A stretch of DNA of 64,000 nt from Thermoanaerobaculia bacterium. GTDB taxonomy: Bacteria > Acidobacteriota > Thermoanaerobaculia > UBA5066. The notes below the pieces were generated by a model. That model saw only the letters and a list, made by a program, of their open reading frames with translations. It ran no database searches and was not told where the DNA came from. Shown here one piece after another: positions 27,701 through 37,484 of this stretch (position 1 is the stretch's first letter; every line of letters begins with the position of its first letter). The stretch covers positions 723,217-787,216 of the forward strand of contig CAWGCY010000006.1 in the NCBI GenBank assembly GCA_963821225.1, read 5' to 3'. The position numbers and the translations under genes are program-made.

Positions 27701-28688
27701 CGGGCGCGACGGCGAGGGGGATCGCGAGAACGACGCCCGCGGCGTGCGGCCCGGAGGCGCGCTCGCGCGCCCTCTCCATGAGCGCCCGAGCGAAGACCAG
27801 CGCCGCGAGGCCCGTGAGGAACGCGTCCACCGGAGTCCCGAAGAGGCCGAGGAGCGGCGCCGGATTCCATCCGACGGCGAACCCGCCCGAGGCCCCGAGC
27901 GGCGTTCCGAGGAGGAGGGCGAACCGCGCCGCAACGACGCCGGCCGCGGGGGTCCTGGCCGCGAACCCGAGGGCCACCGCGAGAATCGCGAGAAGGAGAG
28001 CGGGCCTCAGGGCGCTCGCGCGTTGCACCTCCTCTTCGGCGACCTCCGGGTCGGACGCCTCCACGGTGAGCGCGAGCAGCCGGTCACGCCTCTCGGAGGC
28101 CAGAACGCGCAGCCTGAGGCGAGTCGGTCCGTCCGGGAGCGCGAGGAACTCGATGAGATCCGGCCGCAGGATTCCCGTCGGATAGCGCCGGGTGACGACG
28201 AGCGTGCCGCGCGCCCCCCGCTCGCCCCGGGGCGCCACCCAGCCGAGGAACACGCGCGTCACGTGAAAAGACGTGACGAACCCCGACGTCGAAGGGCCGC
28301 GCTCGGCTTCGAGTCCGGCGGCCTCGCCCGCCCATGCGACGGGGCGGCTCGCGCGGTCGAAGAAGACCGCGCCCCAGCCCGCACCCTTCGGAAGCGACCT
28401 CCCCAGAATCGAGAAGAGCCGCGCGGGCCGGACTTCCGCTCCGCCCCCGTCCGCGATCGCCGCGAATTCCCGCCCGGCGTGGATCCGTTCCGCCGTTCGG
28501 CGCAGCGTCTCGGCGTCGCGTTCCAGCGCCTCCTCCGCGGCGCCGAGGAAGAGCGCGGCACGCGCGTCCCGGGCGGTGGCGCCGGCCGGGACGAGGCGCG
28601 CGACGAGCGCGAGGGCGAGCGCGACGAGGGCGGCGGCGAAGAGGCCGAAGACGACGGCGCGACGCGTGCGCGGCGACAAGGGCGTCAA
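24789..28688 (-). CDS. large multi-pass membrane sensor histidine kinase (about 1300 aa: periplasmic and polytopic regions, HAMP-like, PAS, HisKA, HATPase_c)
   Basis: C-terminus has the H-box [17 protein letters not shown] and the ATPase G-boxes [10 protein letters not shown]...GSGMGLAAV. Likely TTG start at 28688 ([26 protein letters not shown]) overlaps the hutU stop (TTGA). The 1837-aa ORF in the track is an artifact running antisense through hutU. Confidence 0.7.
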   Translation of the reverse strand: MTPLSPRTRRAVVFGLFAAALVALALALVARLVPAGATARDARAALFLGAAEEALERDAETLRRTAERIHAGREFAAIADGGGAEVRPARLFSILGRSLPKGAGWGAVFFDRASRPVAWAGEAAGLEAERGPSTSGFVTSFHVTRVFLGWVAPRGERGARGTLVVTRRYPTGILRPDLIEFLALPDGPTRLRLRVLASERRDRLLALTVEASDPEVAEEEVQRASALRPALLLAILAVALGFAARTPAAGVVAARFALLLGTPLGASGGFAVGWNPAPLLGLFGTPVDAFLTGLAALVFARALMERARERASGPHAAGVVLAIPLAVAPGLLGRATALVAPGLFDTMSLVPPGPSDFFAQTGLLALATAALASASLLPKPGATKRSGRVAAALGLGALAAAFASAGSPLHLPCLTLASVAFTFALAGRARPSPRTDLLSRAATAVILYAGATLLFAAGLADGRLRHADAAIAGAEDLAREDGADVRANSVRRWERRVASASLEPWLPAGERTQRDDLARALWARGADESFPELGDTLTIRSPLGATVSSFGVIRPGRRTADLVSPAAIPAAFPAEFRHVPWPRELDRDPLLSAVASRDVPDRVAVERLEWDAAGRATGSRGEGVEIPDKILNRARRSGEAFATISTPDGLRRVHVRAVASGFIGFAAPADSPLGVAGAAVASGEAALIVLVPLLFAGAPGRVVSLRFPRRFFATFRARLVALVLVFGALPLALSVVFVRIALEGHASRETARRSRDVVSEGRRLLEGDETGGALSPENALNRAAAVIGWDLLRYRDGTLVAASRALPVAAEVARERLAAPIAQELAEGRPSAFASRGALAAGAPRVVEAAEVVSADGREALAVVVAEDEAVRSAADALLLLSVAVALAAVGLGGRAALTLGGPLEELIAATANVGEGLPLPPLVRPANVDLARLVDAFTEMSARVEERTESLAEERASAVGLLGNLTAAVLLFRRGDGTVLLANPAADRLLPGGTLPERLADPRWAPLHAALEEAAVRPSPYEMRVNIPGPAGERFFRVAIVTLPGEERAPRVILLLEDLTDFLRADRLAAWVDAARSIAHDIKNPLTPIRLAAERLRRFELKREAPPPGAIGSVAAGILRQVGILTDRIGRLGRFGDPATVAPRVLDRAAVALLLEEVAADFRMHESVAIETETDPDLHRFAADPFLVRDALTNFLVNAIEAIGAAPGHVRLSAGNATLAAGAPAVRFACADDGPGVPEDVAGRLFEPAFSTKSRGSGMGLAAVRRAAERHAGSVFAHPRAGGGLVVGFTLPAVSSPP

Positions 28689-30376
28689 CGCGCCATCGGG
28701 ATCCGGATCCCGTGACGCGCGGCGCAGGCGACCGCCTCCGGATAGCCGGCGTCGGCGTGGCGCACGATGCCCGTCCCCGGGTCCGTCGTGAGAACCCGCG
28801 CGAGGCGCACAGCGGCCTTCTCGGTCCCGTCCGCGACGACGACCATCCCGGCGTGAAGCGAATAGCCGATCCCGACGCCGCCGCCGTGGTGGAAAGAAAC
28901 CCAGGTGGCGCCCGACGCCGTGTTGAGGAGCGCGTTCAGGATGGGCCAGTCGGCGATCGCGTCGCTGCCATCCGCCATGGCCTCGGTCTCGCGGTTCGGG
29001 GAGGCGACCGACCCGCAGTCGAGATGGTCGCGCCCGATGGCGATCGGGGCCTTCACGCAGCCCGCGCGCACGAGCTCGTTGAACGCGAGGCCCGCCTGCG
29101 CGCGCTCCCCGTACCCGAGCCAGCAGATCCTCGCGGGCAGTCCCTGAAACGCGACGCGCTCGCCCGCGAGCGAGATCCAGCGCTTCAGCGCGGCGTTTCC
29201 CGGGAACAGGCGCAGGATCTCGCGGTCCGTCTGAGCGATGTCGCCCGGATCCCCCGACAGAGCCGCCCACCGGAACGGCCCTTTGCCCTCGCAGAACAGA
29301 GGGCGGATGTACAGCGGGACGAACCCGACGATGTCGAACGCGTTCGGGACGCCGGCTTTCAGCGCTCCGGCCCGCAGGTTGTTGCCGTAGTCGAACGTCA
29401 CGGCCCCGCGGGCCTTGAGCGCGAGCATCGCCTTCACGTGCACGCCCATCGAGGCGATCGCGCGCCGGCGGTACTCCTCGGGGTCGCCCGCCCGCAGGCG
29501 GAGCGCGTCCTCGTACGGGAGGCCGTGCGGGACGTACCCGTTCAGCTCGTCGTGCGCGGACGTCTGGTCGGTGAGGAGATCCGGCACGAGGCCGCGGGCG
29601 AGGAGCCGCTCGAGGAGGTCCACCGCGTTCGCGAGCACGCCGAAAGAACGGGCCTCCCGGCGGTCTCGCGCGGCGAGCGCACGATCGATTCCCGTGTCGA
29701 GATCGTCGACGCGCTCGTCGACGTAGCGCGTCGCGAGGCGCTTGTCGATGCGTGCCCCGTCCACCTCCGCGACGAGCGCCGTCCCCCCGCACATCGTCGC
29801 GGCCAACGGCTGCGCTCCGCCCATCCCGCCGAGGCCGGCCGTCACGACGAGGCGTCCCGCGAGCGAACCGTCGGGCGACGAGAGGTCGCGGCGCGCTGCC
29901 TCGGCGAAAGTCTCGTACGTGCCCTGCAGGATCCCCTGGGTGCCGATGTAGATCCACGAGCCCGCCGTCATCTGGCCGTACATCGTCAAGCCGAGCGCCT
30001 CGAGGCGGCGGAACTCGTCCCACGTCGCCCAGTGCGGCACGAGGTTGGAGTTCGCGATGAGGACGCGCGGGGCGTCCTCGTGAGTGCGGAACACCCCGAC
30101 CGGCTTTCCCGACTGCACGAGGAGCGTTTCGTCGTCGCCGAGGCGGCGGAGCTCCTCGAGAATCGCCGCGAGGCACGCGGGGTTGCGGGCGGCCTTCCCC
30201 GACCCGCCGTAGACGACGAGGTCCTCGCGCCGTTCGGCGACCTCGGGGTCGAGGTTGTTCAGGAGCATCCGATAGGGAGCCTCCGTGAGCCACGAACGGC
30301 ACGTGAGAGCCGTCCCTTTCGGAAGCGCCGGCGGCCGGAAGGCGGCGGAGACGGGGGGACCAGACATCTCTGCCAT
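28685..30376 (-). CDS. hutU: urocanate hydratase
   Basis: ...[39 protein letters not shown]...[24 protein letters not shown] is the urocanase signature. Start chosen at the internal Met (MAEMSG); the ORF extends to 30409. Confidence 0.85.
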   Translation of the reverse strand: MAEMSGPPVSAAFRPPALPKGTALTCRSWLTEAPYRMLLNNLDPEVAERREDLVVYGGSGKAARNPACLAAILEELRRLGDDETLLVQSGKPVGVFRTHEDAPRVLIANSNLVPHWATWDEFRRLEALGLTMYGQMTAGSWIYIGTQGILQGTYETFAEAARRDLSSPDGSLAGRLVVTAGLGGMGGAQPLAATMCGGTALVAEVDGARIDKRLATRYVDERVDDLDTGIDRALAARDRREARSFGVLANAVDLLERLLARGLVPDLLTDQTSAHDELNGYVPHGLPYEDALRLRAGDPEEYRRRAIASMGVHVKAMLALKARGAVTFDYGNNLRAGALKAGVPNAFDIVGFVPLYIRPLFCEGKGPFRWAALSGDPGDIAQTDREILRLFPGNAALKRWISLAGERVAFQGLPARICWLGYGERAQAGLAFNELVRAGCVKAPIAIGRDHLDCGSVASPNRETEAMADGSDAIADWPILNALLNTASGATWVSFHHGGGVGIGYSLHAGMVVVADGTEKAAVRLARVLTTDPGTGIVRHADAGYPEAVACAARHGIRIPMAR

Positions 30377-30417
30377 GTTAGCCGGGCCGCTCCTGACGCA
30401 TTGCGTCAAAATTCCCC

Positions 30418-30446
30418 TTGACAGCGATTACGCGGTGCGTTATATT
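30418..30446 (+). promoter_or_regulatory. consensus sigma70 promoter of phaR (TTGACA-17-TATATT); transcript predicted to be leaderless
   Basis: ttgaca 30418-30423, tatatt 30441-30446. GTG start of phaR at 30454, only 7 nt after the -10. Several TGCG repeats nearby could be PhaR operator half-sites. Confidence 0.6.
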
Positions 30447-30453
30447 GCGCTTC

Positions 30454-31173
30454 GTGAGCAATCTGCGCCGAATCGTGCGCTACCGCAACCGGAAGCTCTA
30501 CGAGGCCCGCGAGCGGCGATTCGTGACCCTCGGAGACCTCGCGAAGGCCGTCTCGGCGGGCGACCGCGTGGAAGTCGTCGCCGCGGACACGGGCGAGGAC
30601 ATCACCGTGAAGATCCTCTCCCGCGCCCTCGTGTCCGGGCACACCCCCGTCGTGGCCTCGGCCGACACCTTGACCCGGTTGCTTCGCGCCGGCAGCGAGG
30701 CGGCCGAGACCGTCGCGGGAGCGGTCGCGCGCGTCGGCGGCACGCGCGTGGCGGAGCAACTCCGCCGCGCCTCGCGCCCCGAGCGTCTCGGCCGGAAGCT
30801 GGCGCCGCTCACCCGCCGGCTCGAGGACGCCCGGCAGGACGTCGAGAAAATCGTCGGGGGGCTCGTCGAGAAAGGCCGGCTGACCTGGGAAGAGGGCACG
30901 CGCCTGCGCGACGACGTCGGCCTCGTCTTCCGAGAGAGCCTCTCGGACGTCGTCGGCAGCGTTCGCGACATCGCGAGCCGGCTCTCTCCGGGCACCCCGC
31001 CCGGTCTCGTCAAGGAGATCGGCGACCTCAAGACGCGCCTCGCCCAACTCGAGTCGCTCGCGAAGAGCGCTTTCCCTCCGGAATCCCCCCGACAGCCGTC
31101 CCCACGCCGCGCCGCGGCGTCATCTCACAACCATCCGGGGCCCACCCCGCACAAGAAAAGGAGAACCGTATGA
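30454..31173 (+). CDS. phaR: polyhydroxyalkanoate synthesis repressor PhaR
   Basis: N-terminus VSNLRRIVRYRNRKLYEARERRFVTLGDLAKAV matches the PHB/PHA accumulation-regulator DNA-binding domain (IKKYPNRRLYDT-type). Confidence 0.8.
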   Translation: MSNLRRIVRYRNRKLYEARERRFVTLGDLAKAVSAGDRVEVVAADTGEDITVKILSRALVSGHTPVVASADTLTRLLRAGSEAAETVAGAVARVGGTRVAEQLRRASRPERLGRKLAPLTRRLEDARQDVEKIVGGLVEKGRLTWEEGTRLRDDVGLVFRESLSDVVGSVRDIASRLSPGTPPGLVKEIGDLKTRLAQLESLAKSAFPPESPRQPSPRRAAASSHNHPGPTPHKKRRTV

Positions 31174-31685
31174 AAACCACCTCACGCAAGACCTCGCCAA
31201 AGGTCCCCTTTCACGTCCCGGCGCCGGTCGAGAAGGTCCTGAAGACGGCGGGACACAGCTTCGACCAGCTCAGCGTGAAGGCGAAAAACGTCGCGGTGAA
31301 GACGGAGAGAAAGGTCAAGGTAGCGGCGCGCGATCTCAAGAAGACCGGCGAGTCGCTCGCTAAGGACCCGCGGGCGTTCGTGGAGGATGTGATGGAGTCG
31401 GGCCGGGACTTCGGCCAGATGCTCCGCAAGAACGCCGGAAAGGTCGGCGGCGACGTTCAGGAGCGCGTTCAGAAGGTGGGCGCCGAGGCGGCGCGCCGCG
31501 CCGAGGACGTTGCGAAGAACGTGACCGAAACCGTCGGCACGGCCGTCGAAAAGGGCCTCCACAGCCTGAACGTCCCCACGCGCAGGGAGCTCCGCTCGCT
31601 CTCGGCCAAGGTCGACGGCCTCGGCAGGAAGATCGACGCCTTGAAGGGCCGCAAGCCAGCCCGCGCCACGCGGCGCACAAGGTAA
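31170..31685 (+). CDS. phasin-family PHA granule-associated protein
   Basis: 171 aa, Ala/Lys/Glu-rich helical protein (…DVQERVQKVGAEAARRAEDVAKNV…LRSLSAKVDGLGRKIDAL) with phasin (TIGR01837-like) character. ATG overlaps the phaR stop (ATGA); SD aaaaggaga. Confidence 0.7.
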   Translation: MKTTSRKTSPKVPFHVPAPVEKVLKTAGHSFDQLSVKAKNVAVKTERKVKVAARDLKKTGESLAKDPRAFVEDVMESGRDFGQMLRKNAGKVGGDVQERVQKVGAEAARRAEDVAKNVTETVGTAVEKGLHSLNVPTRRELRSLSAKVDGLGRKIDALKGRKPARATRRTR

Positions 31686-31705
31686 ACGGAGACGGAATCG
31701 GATAG

Positions 31706-31737
31706 ACTGCGAGGCGCCGCCCGAGAAGGCGGCGTCT
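31706..31737 (+). terminator. intrinsic terminator after the phasin gene
   Basis: gcgccgcc-cgagaa-ggcggcgtc followed by ttttt. Confidence 0.6.
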
Positions 31738-31757
31738 TTTTAATTACGACAAACAAG

Positions 31758-33062
31758 ATGACCGGCCATAGGCGACAGCCCGGGACCGAGACGCTCGGGA
31801 GAGATCCCTCCGAGCAGACGTTCCGGCCCTTTCCGTCGCCCGTCCGAAAGCGTCTCGGGATCGTGTGCGCCGGTGGGGGCGTCACCGGCGCGATCTACGA
31901 GATCGGCGCCCTCGCCGCGCTCGAGGACCGGCTCGAGAACGCCTCGATCACCGACTTCGACGTCTTCGTCGGCGTCTCGGCGGGCGCCTACATCGCGGCG
32001 CTCCTCGCGAACGGGGTTACGCCGGGCGTGCTCTTCCGGAACGTGACGCGCTCGGCCGGCACGCGCACCGACATCGACGACCTCGCGCTGTTCGGCCTGA
32101 ACCTCGGCGAGATCGCGACGCGCCTCGCCACGGCCCCCTTCACGGTCCTCGACGCCGCCTGGGATTTCTACAAGAACCGGCACGAGACGACGCTCACCGA
32201 CCTCGTGCAGTCCCTCGGACAGCTCCTGCCCTCGGGGGTGTTCCACAACCGGGGGCTCGAGGCCTGGATGCAGAAGTGGTTGACACAGGGGGGCCGCACG
32301 AACGACTTCCGCCGCCTCAAGAAAACGCTCCGCCTCGTCGCCGTGGACCTCGACTCGGGTGAGGCGACGAAGTTCGGCGCCCCGGGCTTCGAGGACGTCC
32401 CGATCTCCCAAGCGGTCGCGGCGTCGTGCGCGATTCCGGGCCTCTACCGCCCCGTCCGCATCGGCGACACCGATTACATCGACGGCGGCGTGCGCAAGAC
32501 GGCGCACATCTCGCTCGCGCTTCGCGAGCGATGCGGCCTCACGATCTGCGTGAACCCGCTCGTCCCCGTCCGTCTCAAGCATCCCGAGGGCGCCGTGAAG
32601 CGGCTGGGCGCCGACGAGGCGGGCCCTCTCCGCAGCCGGGGCCTCCCGACGATCCTCGACCAGGTTTTCCGCGTCACGCTCCACTCGCGCCTGCGCTACG
32701 GCCTCACGCGCTACCGGCGCGAGGCCCCAGCAGCCGACGTCCTGGTCTTCGAGCCGAAGCCCGAGGACCTGCCGCGCTACATGACCAACATCATGCGCAC
32801 GTCGGGGCGCGTGCGCATCGCCGAGTACGCGTACCGCTCGACGATGGCCGCCCTCGACTTCGACTTCAGGAGGTACCAACGCGTCTTCGCGAAGCACGGA
32901 CTCGTTCTGCGCCCTGCTTGCGCGCGCGACCTCTCGCGCGTGAAGCTGCACGCGGACCGCAGGAGCGGCTGCACCGCGACGCGGCTCACGGCTTCCCTCA
33001 CGGAGCTCGAGGCGGATCTCGAGCGCTGGACCCTTACCGCTGGAACGCGTACGAGACCTTGA
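31758..33062 (+). CDS. patatin-like phospholipase family protein
   Basis: GIVCAGGGVTGAIYEIG (oxyanion GGGxxG), GVSAG (GxSxG nucleophile), DGG; about 434 aa. Confidence 0.8.
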   Translation: MTGHRRQPGTETLGRDPSEQTFRPFPSPVRKRLGIVCAGGGVTGAIYEIGALAALEDRLENASITDFDVFVGVSAGAYIAALLANGVTPGVLFRNVTRSAGTRTDIDDLALFGLNLGEIATRLATAPFTVLDAAWDFYKNRHETTLTDLVQSLGQLLPSGVFHNRGLEAWMQKWLTQGGRTNDFRRLKKTLRLVAVDLDSGEATKFGAPGFEDVPISQAVAASCAIPGLYRPVRIGDTDYIDGGVRKTAHISLALRERCGLTICVNPLVPVRLKHPEGAVKRLGADEAGPLRSRGLPTILDQVFRVTLHSRLRYGLTRYRREAPAADVLVFEPKPEDLPRYMTNIMRTSGRVRIAEYAYRSTMAALDFDFRRYQRVFAKHGLVLRPACARDLSRVKLHADRRSGCTATRLTASLTELEADLERWTLTAGTRTRP

Positions 33063-35283
33063 GGAAGAGGTCTCGCCCCGATCTCAGGAGCTGCGCGCTC
33101 TCGGAGAGGACGCGGTTGTCGCCGTAGCCGAGGTAGACGACGGACTGCCAGTTCAGCTGGTAGCCGAGGAGCGCGGAGGCCTGGAAGCCGCCCGTCGACT
33201 CCGGGACGGGCACCGGGTAGCGCGAGGGCTCGAAGTCGGCGCGCACGTACTGGCCGATCAAGCGCAGGAACGCGCGCCGGTCGAAGACATAGGTCGTCTT
33301 GAGCCGCTCGACCTGCGCCGTGAAGAGCCGCTCGCCCGAAAAGTTCAGCCACTGGATCGCGCCGTCGAACTGGAACTGGAGGTGGCGCGTCGGCCTGAGT
33401 CCGACGGACAGCGTCGCGTCCCCTCCGCGCCCGGCCCGGTTCCCGATGTAGTCGATCGCGTCGCCGAGGTGGCCCTGGAGAGAAACGGAGGGCACGAGGC
33501 CGCCCGGCGTCAAGTACAGGTTGAACGCCCAGTGCCTTGCCGGGAGCAGGTTCGGCCCCGCGCGCTCGAGATCGTGCGGGTAATAGTCGATCTCGCCGTT
33601 GAGCCCCGCCTTGCCCTGGAACGAGATCCCCGGCGCGACCACGCTCGTCACGGTCCGCCCCGCCGTGTCCGCGACGTAGTCCCCGAAGAGAAGGGGGATG
33701 ACGCGCGAGAAGAGGCCCCCGGTGTAGAAGACGTAGTTGATGTTCGCCGAGCCTTCGCGGATCCCGACCTGCGGGACGTAGCCGACGTCGGCTCGGAACC
33801 CGTCTCCGAGGTCCCTGTAGATGCTTGTCCAGTTCCAATGTGTGTCCGCGTGACTCCATTGGAGCGTGAACGCCCGCGACGAGAACGACCGCCCGTCCCA
33901 GTCCGCCGAGACGTCCGGCCGAGACGGCGTCGCCGTCATCGACACGAGGATCTGGCCCGTGACCCGGTCCTGGTCGTTCGGGGCCCAATAGAAGTCCGGC
34001 CCGAACACGCGGTTGTGCCCGCCGCCCTCCACCTCCCGGTCCGTCACCAGGAAGCTCGCGAACGATCGGCCTGCGAACGCGTGCTGGACGCGGCCGATCC
34101 CGACGAACGACGATAAGTCCTGCGGCGCCGACGAAGACTGGGCGGGACCCGGGACGGTTACCGTGCCGCCGCCGCGATCCTGCGCGACGAGGACGGTCCA
34201 GGCGTTCCCGCCCGCGTCACCCGAGGCGCGCGCGCCCCAGCGCGGCGACGTGATCGTTCGCGTGTAAATGGCCTGGATCGGCGAATTGAAGAGCTGGGAG
34301 CGCTCCATGAAGAACGGCCGCTTCTCCGGGTAGAAGAGCGCGAAGCGGTTGTTCGCGGAGATCTGCGCGACGTCGGACTCGACCTGCGAAAAGTCGGGAT
34401 TGAGCGTCCCGTCCAGCGCGAAGTTCTCGTCCGGGCACCACTTGACGTCGAGGCCGCCGTTCCCGCGGACCGGTTCGTTGCGGAAGGTCGAACCGGGCCC
34501 CTCGCGCGGCACGCCCGCTTCCGTGAGCGTCCCATACGGCGCGACGACGAAGTGGCCCGCGTGCGGAAGGCCCGCAAGGCCCTCGATCTTCATCGCGTGG
34601 CAGACGAAGCAGCTCGACTCCCGCGGAGCGCGGTTGCTCGCGATCTGATACCGAAAGTCGCGCGTCCAGTTGCGAAAAACGACGATCCCCCACGTCTGCG
34701 GGTCCGCGTCGCCGTAGCGCAGGCTCGAGAACGGGATCCGCATCTCGAGCTGCCATCCGTCCGGGGTGATCCTGGCGGCCGAGTCCCAGTGGAAGTCGGG
34801 CGAAACGTCCTCGCTGCTCCCGTTCACGATGGATTCGTCGAGGACGAAATCGTCCTGGATTCCGTAAGGATTGACGAAGAACTCGATTCCCGTGCGCCCG
34901 TCGTTCCGAGTGTCGAGCATGATGCCGGCGAAGTCCTGGTCGTTGGACACGTGGTCCCGCTCGACGTGCTGGGCCTGGATGTCCCGAGGCCGCGGGTCGT
35001 CGCACTTGATCGCGACGTAGAAGAAGCGGTCGTCATACGCGATCCAGGCCGTCGTCCTCACCTTCGGCGGCGTGTTGTCGCCGGGCGAGATCTCGTAGAA
35101 ATCGCGGATCTCGGCCGCCCCCTTCCAGCCCGGGTCGTCCAGAGACCCGTCGACCGTGATCGGCCCGCGCGCGGGCCGGGTCGTCAGACGAGGATTCTCG
35201 CCGGCCAGGAGCCGCGGTGCTCTCCCCGACGCGCAGAGAAGGACCGCCCCCAGCGCGATCGCGGCTTCCCGTCCGACCTTCAT
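33034..35283 (-). CDS. DUF5916 / CBM9-like domain outer-membrane protein
   Basis: Signal peptide. N-terminal ITVDGSLDDPGWKGAAEIRDFYEISPGDNTPPKVRTTAWIAYDDRFFYVAIKCDD resembles the CBM9-like domain. Long C-terminal beta-rich region. Confidence 0.6.
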   Translation of the reverse strand: MKVGREAAIALGAVLLCASGRAPRLLAGENPRLTTRPARGPITVDGSLDDPGWKGAAEIRDFYEISPGDNTPPKVRTTAWIAYDDRFFYVAIKCDDPRPRDIQAQHVERDHVSNDQDFAGIMLDTRNDGRTGIEFFVNPYGIQDDFVLDESIVNGSSEDVSPDFHWDSAARITPDGWQLEMRIPFSSLRYGDADPQTWGIVVFRNWTRDFRYQIASNRAPRESSCFVCHAMKIEGLAGLPHAGHFVVAPYGTLTEAGVPREGPGSTFRNEPVRGNGGLDVKWCPDENFALDGTLNPDFSQVESDVAQISANNRFALFYPEKRPFFMERSQLFNSPIQAIYTRTITSPRWGARASGDAGGNAWTVLVAQDRGGGTVTVPGPAQSSSAPQDLSSFVGIGRVQHAFAGRSFASFLVTDREVEGGGHNRVFGPDFYWAPNDQDRVTGQILVSMTATPSRPDVSADWDGRSFSSRAFTLQWSHADTHWNWTSIYRDLGDGFRADVGYVPQVGIREGSANINYVFYTGGLFSRVIPLLFGDYVADTAGRTVTSVVAPGISFQGKAGLNGEIDYYPHDLERAGPNLLPARHWAFNLYLTPGGLVPSVSLQGHLGDAIDYIGNRAGRGGDATLSVGLRPTRHLQFQFDGAIQWLNFSGERLFTAQVERLKTTYVFDRRAFLRLIGQYVRADFEPSRYPVPVPESTGGFQASALLGYQLNWQSVVYLGYGDNRVLSESAQLLRSGRDLFLKVSYAFQR

Positions 35284-35323
35284 TCGCAGAAAAATACGAA
35301 TGATGGCCCCGGAAGTTCCGCGG

Positions 35324-36319
35324 CTACTCTCCCGTGAAGACGTTCCCGCGGCGCGCGAGGCGCGAGTCGATCATCGTCTGGAGAGTCGAGCGCACCTGGT
35401 CCGCGAGCTCGTTCACGATCATCGGGCGGTCGGCGATCTCGGGCCCGTGGTCGAATGCGATCGGCCTGCCGATGTCGATCCACCATTTCGTCGGCAACGG
35501 GAGGAAGCCGATCGGGCCCAGGAGCGGGAACGTGGGCGTGAGCGGGAAGTACGGCAGGCCGAGGGGCTTGCCGATGAAGTCCATGCGCGTGAGATTCGGG
35601 TGGATTTCCTCGGCGCCCACGACGGAGACCGGAATGATGGGGGCGCCCGTCTGCAGGGCGAGGCGCACGAAACCGCCGCGGCCGAACCGCGCGAGGCGGT
35701 AGCGGTCGCGGAAGAGCTTGCCGACGCCTTTGACGCCCTCGGGGAAGACTCCGACGAGCTCGTCGCGCTCGAGCAGCCGTGAACCGTTCTCGGGGCACGC
35801 GCGAACCTCGCCCATGTGGCGCAGCCACGGCTGCAGGAACGGAAGCGTCGTGAACATGTCGAGGACGAGCATGCGAGCCGTGCGGTGCGCGGGGTGCTCG
35901 CGGGCTATGCCGCGCTTGACCATCGCGCCGTCCCACGGCAGGACTCCGGAGTGATTCGAGACGAGGAGCGCGCGGCCCACGTTCGGAATGTTCTCCACTC
36001 CGTTCAGCGTCACGCGCCACCACACGGTGTAGAGGAAGTCGAAGAGTTCGGCCCAGGGCCGCGCCGCCACCTCGTCGTAGCCGAAGTCGTCGAGAAGGAA
36101 CGTGCGCGACCGGTTGCGGAAGAGGTTCCAGGCGTCCACGAGCGCGCGCGGCGATTTGAACTCCGGATGTGCGTCGAGAAATCGCGCGGCTTCGCCCAGG
36201 AGCATGCCCTGGAGGGCGTCCGGATTCTTCGGAAGAAGCGACGGCGCCACGCCGGCGCCGTGCGCCGGCTCGGAAAGGGCCGGGGCGGGGTGCGGGGAAG
36301 GATGGCGGCGGGCGCTCAT
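35324..36319 (-). CDS. plsC: 1-acyl-sn-glycerol-3-phosphate acyltransferase family (lysophospholipid acyltransferase)
   Basis: NHSGVLPWDG (HX4D-type motif) and FPEGVKGVG motif. ATG overlaps the upstream stop (ATGA). Confidence 0.75.
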   Translation of the reverse strand: MSARRHPSPHPAPALSEPAHGAGVAPSLLPKNPDALQGMLLGEAARFLDAHPEFKSPRALVDAWNLFRNRSRTFLLDDFGYDEVAARPWAELFDFLYTVWWRVTLNGVENIPNVGRALLVSNHSGVLPWDGAMVKRGIAREHPAHRTARMLVLDMFTTLPFLQPWLRHMGEVRACPENGSRLLERDELVGVFPEGVKGVGKLFRDRYRLARFGRGGFVRLALQTGAPIIPVSVVGAEEIHPNLTRMDFIGKPLGLPYFPLTPTFPLLGPIGFLPLPTKWWIDIGRPIAFDHGPEIADRPMIVNELADQVRSTLQTMIDSRLARRGNVFTGE

Positions 36320-37458
36320 GAGGCGACCCCCTGCGCGCGGGCCCGCGGCCTGGGACGCACGCGCTGCTCGTAGGCGTAGCGAGCCGCGATGGCCGCGTCC
36401 GCGACGGCGTCGAAGTCCACGAGGCGACCCCAACCGAACCGCGCCCGCGCCGTCTCGAGAACGACCTCGAGCGTCGTGTGCTTCGCCGAGAAGCCCAGGA
36501 CCCGCCGGGCTTTCTCGTCGTCCACGACGCAGGAATACCGCAGATAGTCTGCGTGAACGCCCGGCATCAGGCCCACGCCGGCGAGCCACGCGGCCTCGTA
36601 GAGCGCGTAGCCGAGCGGATGCGGCACGGGAACTCCGAGCGACCCGAAGAGCAGGCGCACCGTGGAGAGGGGCACGACGCCCTCGGGAGCGATGTTGAAG
36701 ACTCCCTGCGCTTCCGGCCGGTCGAGCGCCCTCACGAGCGCGTCGACGGCGTCGTCCGGATGCAGGGCCTGCACGAGCGGGTCGTAGCCCAGGAGCTGCC
36801 ACGAGAACGGGGCCGCGAAGAGCCGGGCCCGGTAATCCCGCACTTCGGGAGACAGCAGCGGCACGAACCTCAGGATCTGCACGCGCGACTCCGGGTGGCG
36901 GCGCACGTGGGTGCGGGCGTGGCTCTCGGCCTCGACGAAGTCGCCCACGAAACGGTCCTGGGGATCGGGCCTCAGAGGGTGCTCTTCCGAGAGGAAGTTC
37001 GGGTTGTCGCCCCGCGCCCCGTAGACGAGGGACGTCGAGCCCAGGAGGATGCGCGGGATCTTCGCCTCCCCCGCCGCCGCGAAGACGTGCAGCGCGCCGA
37101 TGGCGTTCAGCTCGTGCGCGTACGTGGCCTGGCGCGAGGGGCTGCGGAGCTGGGCGAGATGGACGATTGCGTCCGGCCTCTCCTCTTTCAGGAGCTTGAA
37201 GAGCGTCCCGTCGGCGAAGGGCAGGTTCAGGTCCAGGAAGCGTTGCCTCACCTCGGGCATGTCTGCCGGGGGCACGAGGTCGAAGACCACGACCTCGCGG
37301 TCCGGGCGGACGAGCAGCGCCCGCACGAGGCGCTCCCCGAAAAAGCCGCTGCCGCCCGTGACCACGACCTTCAGCCGCCTCGTCCCGGCCTCGGCGGCCT
37401 TTGGGAAGCGAACGACGCGCCCGCCAGGTCCGTTCCGGCGCGGCCGACCGGCCTTCAC
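36316..37458 (-). CDS. NAD-dependent epimerase/dehydratase family protein
   Basis: Rossmann motif KVVVTGGSGFFGERLV and the extended short-chain dehydrogenase/reductase (SDR) family fold. GTG start chosen at 37458 (SD gggaagg); an alternative GTG lies at 37476. Confidence 0.7.
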   Translation of the reverse strand: MKAGRPRRNGPGGRVVRFPKAAEAGTRRLKVVVTGGSGFFGERLVRALLVRPDREVVVFDLVPPADMPEVRQRFLDLNLPFADGTLFKLLKEERPDAIVHLAQLRSPSRQATYAHELNAIGALHVFAAAGEAKIPRILLGSTSLVYGARGDNPNFLSEEHPLRPDPQDRFVGDFVEAESHARTHVRRHPESRVQILRFVPLLSPEVRDYRARLFAAPFSWQLLGYDPLVQALHPDDAVDALVRALDRPEAQGVFNIAPEGVVPLSTVRLLFGSLGVPVPHPLGYALYEAAWLAGVGLMPGVHADYLRYSCVVDDEKARRVLGFSAKHTTLEVVLETARARFGWGRLVDFDAVADAAIAARYAYEQRVRPRPRARAQGVAS

Positions 37459-37484
37459 GTCGGCCTTCCCCGCCACGGCGGGAC

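Noticed and set aside
24789-30302. Single 1837-aa ORF in the track
   Set aside because: Only the C-terminal about 1300 aa (from TTG 28688) form a coherent sensor kinase. The upstream part runs antisense through hutU (28685..30409) and is Arg-rich.
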